Assembly: GCF_000008625.1 (NCBI RefSeq)
Contig: NC_000918.1
Location: 510,001 to 542,000, forward strand
DNA length: 32,000 nt
From: Aquifex aeolicus VF5
Lineage (GTDB): Bacteria > Aquificota > Aquificia > Aquificales > Aquificaceae
Reading direction: 5' to 3'
Shown: positions 26,591 to 32,000 of the stretch, one piece after another
Layout of the letters: every line of letters starts with the position of its first letter
Numbering within the stretch: the first letter of the stretch is position 1
Made by a program: the position numbers and the translations under genes
Notes under the pieces: model-generated
What the model saw: the letters and a program-made list of their open reading frames with translations, nothing else
The model's database searches: none
What the model was told of the DNA's origin: nothing

Positions 26591-28125
26591 AGCTCAAAAA
26601 GGTCCCTCGTTATTATTGTGTCCCTTCTGTAAACTTCCCTTTCTGTAGGGTAGTCCTTCCTGTAGTGTACTCCCCTGCTTTCCTTTCTCATGAGTGCTCC
26701 TTCAACGGTGCAAAGAGCCACGAGGAGTATGTCGTAAAGTTGCCTGTTTTGCGGTGTAGGTTCCCAGTGTTTTGCCTGTGAAAGCACACTAAGAATTCGT
26801 TTTTTTACGTAAGTTAACCCCTCTTCGTCCCTTTCAAGACCTACGTAATTCCACATGAGTTTTTTTAGCTCTTCTATACCCAAGTTCGGCTTATCACTTC
26901 CTGCTCTCTCAGAGCGAAAGTTCACTTTTGAGGGTTTTAAAATTTTTAAATCTAAGTAAACCTGATAGGCTGTCCTGTGACCGAAAACCACACCTTCCAG
27001 GAGAGAGTTGGAAGCGAGTCTGTTTGCCCCATGAATTCCCGTACAACTGCACTCACCCACCGCGTACAAACCTTGTATTGAGGTTCTTCCTCTGTCGTCT
27101 ACCTCTATACCGCCTATATAGTAGTGGGCTGCTGGGATAATAGGCACGGGCTCTCTGTAGGGGTCGTACCCTCTTTCCCTTAAAAAGCTGTATATAGTCG
27201 GGAAACGCTCCTCTATCTTAATACCCTTTTGTGCAACGGGTCTCAGGTCTAAGTAAACCTCCCTTCCCCGTTTTATCTGGTTATATATAGCTCTTGCAAC
27301 TTCATCTCTCGGGAGGAGCTCGTTTACAAACCTCTCTCCCCTGTCGTTCACGAGAATTGCACCCTCTCCCCTAACCGCCTCGGATATCAGTAAGTTCGTT
27401 CCCTTCAGGACCGTGGGGTGGAACTGGACAAATTCGGGGTTCTTAACGGTAGCCCCCATTCTGAAAGCGATTCCTATCGCATCTCCCCTGACTTTCTTAG
27501 GGTTAGAAGTGTAGTAGTACATAGACGCGGCACCGCCCGTTGCCAGAATTAGGAGGGGTGTGCGTATGAACTTTAGACTACCTTCTTCGGAGTAAATTAC
27601 CCCCTGAACCCCATTCTCCTCAATTATTATTTCCTGAAGTTCTCCGTGAAGGATTTTTATTCCTAGTTCTTCCGTCTTTTTCAAGAGTTTCGTATATATC
27701 TCCCTTCCCGTGTAGTCTTTTACTTTCAACACTCTGGGTTTTGAGTGCCCTCCCTCCAGAGTAGTCTCGTAAAATCCGTTTTTCTTATCAAAATCTACAC
27801 CCCATCTTTCTAAATCAAGTATCCTGAAGATGCCTTCGTAGGTTAGGAGTTTTGTATGGAGTTCGTGGTTTAAGTACCTTCCGGCCCTCAGGGTATCACA
27901 GTAGTGAAGGTAAGGGCTGTCATCGGGGAGCACTGCAGCGGCTATCCCACCCTGGGAATAGTAAGTGTTCCCGATACCTCGCGTTAAGATTAGAGGTTCA
28001 ATCCCGAGTTCTTTTAGAGAAATTGCGGTAGCAAGACCTCCGATACCGCTCCCGCATATTAGAACTTTCGCTTCTTCTTCAGGTAAAAGAGAAGTATCAA
28101 ACCTTAGAAAGTAGTTCATTCTCAA
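26587..28125 (-). CDS. nadB: L-aspartate oxidase
   Basis: FAD motif [10 protein letters not shown]; SQGGIAA; RGEGAIL; [26 protein letters not shown]. The start is TTG at 28125, or alternatively ATG at 28119. Confidence 0.9.
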
Positions 28126-29083
28126 GAATTTTTAGTATAACCTCCGTGAGTTTTTGAGGGTCGTGTCTCACAAAATCTCCGCTTTCTCCTATCAGGTTCT
28201 CCGCATAAACGGTTATGCCTTCTCTTCCTATTCTTCCGACATCCGGAGTCACGGGTTCCTGATTCTGCTCCAGGTATTTCTTTAAAAGACCGTTTGAGGG
28301 CATCTGTGTATTTACAACTGCAACGTCAACGAGGTCTATACCCGAGAACTTCAAGAAAGTGTCTATATGATCCCACGCGGTAAAGTTGTCCGTTTCACCA
28401 GGTTGGGTCATAACGTTTACGACGAAAACCTTCAAAGCTCTGCTTTCCTTCACCGCTTCCCTTATCTGGGGAACTAAGAAGTTGGGGAGGATGCTCGTAA
28501 AGAGACTGCCTGGACCTATTATTATGAGATCCGCTTCCTTTATCCTTTCTATCGCCTCCTCGGGAGCTTTCGGGTTTTTTGGTTCGAGCCATATATTTAC
28601 TACTTTGTGGCCCTTCTTTCCGTACTCCGTTATTTCCTCTTCTCCCTTAATGACTTTTCCGTCGTCAAATTCCGCGACGAGGTTTACGTTTTCGTAGGTG
28701 GAGGGAATTATATCCCCTTTGGTCTTTAGAATTTTAGAAGTTTCTTTTATGGCTTTCAGAAAGCTTCCCGTGATGTCCGTAAGGGCAGTAAGAAATAAAT
28801 TCCCAAAGGCATGACCTTCCAGTCCGTCTCCCTTAAACCTGTACTGGAATAGCTTTTGCATAAGTTCTTCCGCGTCCGAAAGGGCTACTATGCAGTTCCT
28901 GATATCCCCGGGAGCGGGTATGTTGTATATCTTCCTGAGCCTTCCCGTGCTTCCCCCACTGTCTGCAACGGTAACGATGGCGGATAGTCTACCTATGCTC
29001 CTTCCAACTTCTATTTTCAAACCTCTAAGAAGGGAAGAAAGCCCGGTGCCTCCTCCTATAGCAACTACGTTTACCTTTTTCAT
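28097..29083 (-). CDS. YvcK/CofD-like (UPF0052) gluconeogenesis factor family protein
   Basis: [18 protein letters not shown]; [13 protein letters not shown]; [12 protein letters not shown]. Confidence 0.85.
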
Positions 29084-29592
29084 ATTATCCCCTCAATAAG
29101 GATTTTAATCTCCTGACCTCCGAGTTTAACACTTATTTCTCTATAGTAACCTTCTTTACTCTTTTCTCCGTAAATAATTTCCAGATTTTTGTACTTCACC
29201 GCCTTCAGTCTTTTACCTTCCAGTATTATTTCTTTTCCGTCTCGGGAAACCAGGGTAACAGTTTGGTTGCATTCTTTTATCCGATAATCGCCGGGAAAGT
29301 AACCGTAAATGAAGTTACTGGGTAATTCGGGAAGTTCAAAACACACACCTTGAAAGCAAAGTAAAGAAGTGTCAAAAATTACAACATCTCCCGGTGTTTT
29401 TATTTTTTCATCGTATCCGTTTTTCTCAAATACAAAGGGAATTCTCAGAATGGGAGTTTTTACGTAGCCGTACAGTTTTGCTTTCTCGGGCGGCTTTTGG
29501 AAAACTCTGTTTAGTATTTCTTTGGGTTTCGGGCATATCTTGGGAGCACAGGAAATTATTAAGAGCAAAATAAAGGGAATTAATCTAATCAT
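29080..29592 (-). CDS. putative lipoprotein, function unknown
   Basis: Signal peptide with lipobox [15 protein letters not shown]. 170 aa. Overlaps hisD and the yvcK-like gene. Confidence 0.7.
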
Positions 29593-30865
29593 TTTTCCTC
29601 ACTTTCACCGCAAGGGCATGGGCAGTGAGTCCTTCCGCTTTCGCTATTGCCTCCGCCTGATTTGCCACCCTTTTGAAGCCTTCTCTGGAGACGTAGAGAA
29701 CGGAGGACCTCTTTATAAAGTCGTAAACTCCGAGAGGGGAGAAAAACCTTGTACTACCACCTGTTGGAAGTGTGTGGTTTGGACCGAGGACGTAATCACC
29801 CAAGGGTTCAGTGGTGTAGTCTCCGAGAAAAATTGCTCCCGCGTGTTTTAGCTCCGGAAGGAGCGCCATGGGTTCCCTTACCATGACTTCAAGGTGTTCT
29901 GGAGCTATGTAATTGGCAACCTCGCAGGCGTGGTAAAGGTCCTTCACCAGAAAGATTGTTCCGAATTTCTCTAGGGATTTTTGAGCTATTTCCTTTCTTT
30001 CTAATTGAGAAAGAAGTCTTTCCACTTCTTCCTTTACCTTATTTGCAAGCTCTTCGGAGGGAGTGAGAAGTATGGACGCCGCGAGTTCGTCGTGCTCCGC
30101 CTGAGAGAGCATGTCCGCGGCTACCCAAGTGGGGTTTGCCCTTTCGTCGGCTATAACGAGGACTTCGGAAGGTCCTGCAATCATGTCTATGTCAACGGTC
30201 CCAAAGACGAGTTTTTTCGCAAGCGCCACGTATATATTTCCCGGACCCACTATCTTGTCAACCTTAGGTATTTTCTCCGTTCCGTAAGCTAGTGCACCTA
30301 TCGCCTGAGCTCCGCCGACCTGAAAAACCCTGCTCACTCCCGCTATGTATGCTGCTGCTAAGGTGTACTTGTTCGGTTTTGGTGACACCATTATTATTTC
30401 TTCCACTCCCGCCACGGATGCGGGCACCACGTTCATTAAAACTGTTGAGGGGTAAGCTGCTTTCCCGCCGGGAACGTAAACGCCCACTTTTTCTAAAGGA
30501 ACTACCTTCTGACCGAGTATTATCCCCTCCTCTTCTTTGAAGAAGGAGTTTTCCAATTGTTTTTCGTGGAATACCCTGATCCTGTTTTCTGCAAACTCAA
30601 GGGCTTCCCTCACTTCAGGTTCTATTTCTTCGTAAGCTTTTTCAAGTTCCTCAAAGGGAACTTCCATGTTCTCGGGTGTCAATTCTACTCCGTCAAACTT
30701 TTTCGTGAACTCTATAACAGCCCTGTCCCCCTCTTCCCTTACCCTTTTCAGAATTTCCTTTACGCTCTTTTCGTACTCCTCTTCCAGTATCTCTCCCCTC
30801 TTTGCGAGGTACTCAAGCCTCTCGTTGAGTTTCCAGTCTTCCTTTCTCAGGTCCTCAATCCTCAT
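29585..30865 (-). CDS. hisD: histidinol dehydrogenase
   Basis: [15 protein letters not shown]; GGAQAI; GPGNIYV; [11 protein letters not shown]; SQAEHD. 426 aa. Confidence 0.95.
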
Positions 30866-30875
30866 AATATGGATT

Positions 30876-31319
30876 TTAAGGTTTAATTACTGCAAGGTAA
30901 ACGAGGAAAAGAGAAACGATTACAACAACGGGAAAAGCGACGTAATTAAACCTGTCGTAAACGGAGTAAGCCTTTTCACCTCTCTTTGGAACGTAAAAGT
31001 TGACCAAGTAGAAGTTTATAACCTCTAAGGGAAGTATTACGAGGAAAACCAAATACATCTTAAGCCTTAACCATTCGGGAATATTGCCTAAAAGCTTTAC
31101 CATGTAAAGTCCAGAAATCAGTGCTGTAAAAAAGCCAAGTATTTCCAAGTTTGTGAGTATTCTGTAAAACTTTCTCAGCTCTTTCTTATTACAACCCGTT
31201 TCCTTATAGTTTGCGTATTCCATGAATATCCCGAATGAAGCGGAAGAAGAAGCCCAAATAAACAGCCCGATTAAGTGTAAGAACTTTGCCTCTAGGTAAT
31301 CAATCATTTCCTTTTCCAC
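30876..31319 (-). CDS. hypothetical integral membrane protein (4 TM)
   Basis: 147 aa with four hydrophobic helices. Overlaps the upstream RND gene by 16 nt. Confidence 0.6.
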   Translation of the reverse strand: MEKEMIDYLEAKFLHLIGLFIWASSSASFGIFMEYANYKETGCNKKELRKFYRILTNLEILGFFTALISGLYMVKLLGNIPEWLRLKMYLVFLVILPLEVINFYLVNFYVPKRGEKAYSVYDRFNYVAFPVVVIVSLFLVYLAVIKP

Positions 31320-32000
31320 TCCATTAGCTCGTAAAGAACGGGGAGTAAGAATAAACTCAGAGGAAGTCCCGAGGCTATACCGCCTATTACCGCTATCGCA
31401 AGGGGTTTTCTCTGTTCGGAGCCCGCGGTAAGCCCGAGAGCGACGGGAAGGAGTGCGGAAACCACGGTTATCGTTGTCATGAGTATAGGACGGAGTCTCT
31501 CACGCCTAGCTTCAAGAATAGCCTCCCTTACCGCGTAGCCCTCTTTTCTTAGCTGTATTATCCTCTCTATAAAGAGAACCGCGTCCCTCACTATAATTCC
31601 CACGAGGAGTATTATCCCGAAGTAAGAAGAGACGTTCAGGGAGGTGTCCGTCAAGTACATAAACCCAAAAACTCCGAGGGCGCTTAAAGGAACCATTAAA
31701 AGAACGGTAAAGGGGTGCTTTAGACTCTCAAAGAGGGAGGCCAGTATCATATAAACGCCTATTAAGGACATAGCCAAAGAGAGCACAAAGCCCGAAAAGG
31801 CTTTCTTGAACTCCTTTACCCTTCCAGCGGTGTCGTAAGTGTAGCCAAAGGGCAGGTTTTTCTTTAGCCAGTCTTCCACAAGAGACCTCGCGGTCGCAAG
31901 GTCAATCCCCTCCAGATTTGCGTAAAACACGAAGGAGTACTGCCTGTTGTACCTGGTTAGACTGAAAGGTCCTGCTTCAATTGAGAAGTCTATTAGTTCC
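31304..32000 (-). CDS. RND (AcrB/HAE1-type) efflux transporter, C-terminal portion (gene continues beyond window end)
   Basis: The frame stays open upstream of the ORF-track GTG through nt 32000 (ELIDFSIEAGPFSLTRYNRQYSF-VFYANLEG...). The C-terminal TM bundle has typical RND segments (RERLRPILMTTIT, GGIASGLPLSLFLLPVLY). Confidence 0.8.
   Translation of the reverse strand, partial: ELIDFSIEAGPFSLTRYNRQYSFVFYANLEGIDLATARSLVEDWLKKNLPFGYTYDTAGRVKEFKKAFSGFVLSLAMSLIGVYMILASLFESLKHPFTVLLMVPLSALGVFGFMYLTDTSLNVSSYFGIILLVGIIVRDAVLFIERIIQLRKEGYAVREAILEARRERLRPILMTTITVVSALLPVALGLTAGSEQRKPLAIAVIGGIASGLPLSLFLLPVLYELMEWKRK

Overview
This is a compact window: roughly 95% coding, with many 1-29 nt overlaps between genes. 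It is moderate in GC, its coding strands are purine-rich, and its proteins are rich in Lys, Glu and AGG/AGA-encoded Arg. That composition fits a hyperthermophilic bacterial chromosome, most consistent with an Aquifex-like (Aquificota) genome; this assignment is inference from composition and protein sequences. I can support about 37 protein-coding genes. I saw no rRNA, tRNA, CRISPR array, transposase or integrase.

Most genes are unlinked housekeeping functions:
- Translation and RNA modification: rpsL 5' end, truA, mnmG, epmA, thpR, tlyA.
- Purine, histidine and NAD synthesis: purD, purM, hisD, nadB.
- Fe-S and redox: lpd, mrp/apbC, a nifS-like gene.
- Envelope and pili: pilT, pilC, mltG, a GT39 glycosyltransferase with an IclR regulator, a yvcK-like gene, an RND pump 3' end.
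- Other: a polyprenyl synthase, a PGI/PMI-type sugar isomerase, a split yicC.

The best candidate for an undescribed system is a seven-gene, translationally coupled minus-strand operon at 11156-16313, downstream of a near-consensus promoter. In transcription order it encodes:
1. A clear archaeal-type prefoldin-alpha-like protein.
2. A membrane-anchored beta-rich protein.
3. A polytopic membrane protein.
4. An unknown soluble protein with a C-terminal glycine-rich loop.
5. An unknown soluble protein with Cas RAMP-like motifs (IPGS...K, glycine-rich loop, C-terminal GW).
6. A C-terminally truncated prefoldin-beta-like protein.
7. A 656-aa protein built from about 7-8 winged-helix-like repeats.

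Secondary curiosities:
- yicC is split exactly at an in-frame A_AAA_AAG -1 slippery heptamer.
- The NifS-like protein lacks the PLP Schiff-base lysine (HK to HL).
- The Mrp/ApbC protein has CxxD in place of its CxxC motif.

All functional calls come from motif recognition by eye. No database search was run.
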